A stretch of 64,000 nt of DNA from an uncultured Candidatus Binatia bacterium (GTDB lineage Bacteria > Desulfobacterota > Binatia > UBA9968 > JAJDTQ01): assembly GCA_965213675.1 (NCBI GenBank), contig OZ243916.1:256001-320000 (forward strand), written 5' to 3'. Of this stretch, positions 63,773 through 64,000 are shown piece after piece. The position numbers and the translations under genes are program-made. Position 1 is the first letter of the stretch; each line of letters starts with the position of its first letter. The notes under the pieces were generated by a model that saw only the letters and a program-made list of their open reading frames with translations, searched no databases and was not told the origin of the DNA.

Positions 63773-63872
63773 TTGCGTGGGAATGACGGAGCAAGGGCGG
63801 GCATGACCGGGAAAAAAGGTGGGAGTGACGGAGGAAGGGCGGACAGGCCGAAGGAGCGAAAAGCGGATGACG
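63773..63872 (-). repeat. 4-5 degenerate half-REP units (GGGAATGAC-like) in orientation opposite to the 56147 array
   Basis: GCGTGGGAATGACGG, GGCGGGCATGACCGG, GGTGGGAGTGACGG ... GCGGATGACG at about 20-25 bp spacing. Confidence 0.6.
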
Positions 63873-63879
63873 TTTGGTC

Positions 63880-64000
63880 TTACCCGGATATGGTGGCGAG
63901 GGCGCTGGTGAGGTCGTCCACCACCACGGCGATGGCGAACAGGGTTTCGGACTTCTGACCCAATGCAGTACGGCGAAGAGGAGGTTGGTGGAGGCCATGG
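63880..64000 (-). pseudogene. Fragment of AmpG-like muropeptide MFS permease, frameshifted and truncated (5' part outside window)
   Basis: MASTNLLFAVLHW then, in a shifted frame, KSETLFAIAVVVDDLTSALAT-ISG-stop; resembles an AmpG TM segment. Confidence 0.6.

Overview
GC-rich (roughly two-thirds GC by eye) bacterial chromosome window. Gene content and order (ftsEX-envC-S41-xseAB-tlyA, rpsU-cvpA-dnaG-rpoD-tRNA-Ile(CAU), several amidohydrolase_2, UbiD and OadA/PycB-like paralogs, a Calx-beta-rich autotransporter) suggest a deltaproteobacterium-like (Binatia-type), possibly host-associated organism; this is inference. The most notable region is a lower-GC minus-strand island at about 56.8-63.7 kb. 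It encodes a large lipoprotein, YcjX (P-loop GTPase-like), a YcjF/DUF697 membrane protein with a repeat-expanded N-terminus, and a signal-peptide-bearing PD-(D/E)xK nuclease-like protein with a hydrophobic Gly/Ala-rich tail, followed by a truncated copy of the lipoprotein. The island is bracketed by oppositely oriented arrays of REP-derived units (a 17 x 21 bp array ending in a full REP doublet on the left). The window also has two CTAG-associated MITE-like families that sit at or supply stop codons, a third shared element next to an orphan HTH antitoxin, a 7.7 kb autotransporter with 10 near-identical repeats plus a TbpB-like lipoprotein, and a sigma54-promoter degQ / histidine kinase / regulator module. 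No CRISPR array, rRNA, integrase or intact transposase was seen. Some start codons were re-called by eye from the ORF track.
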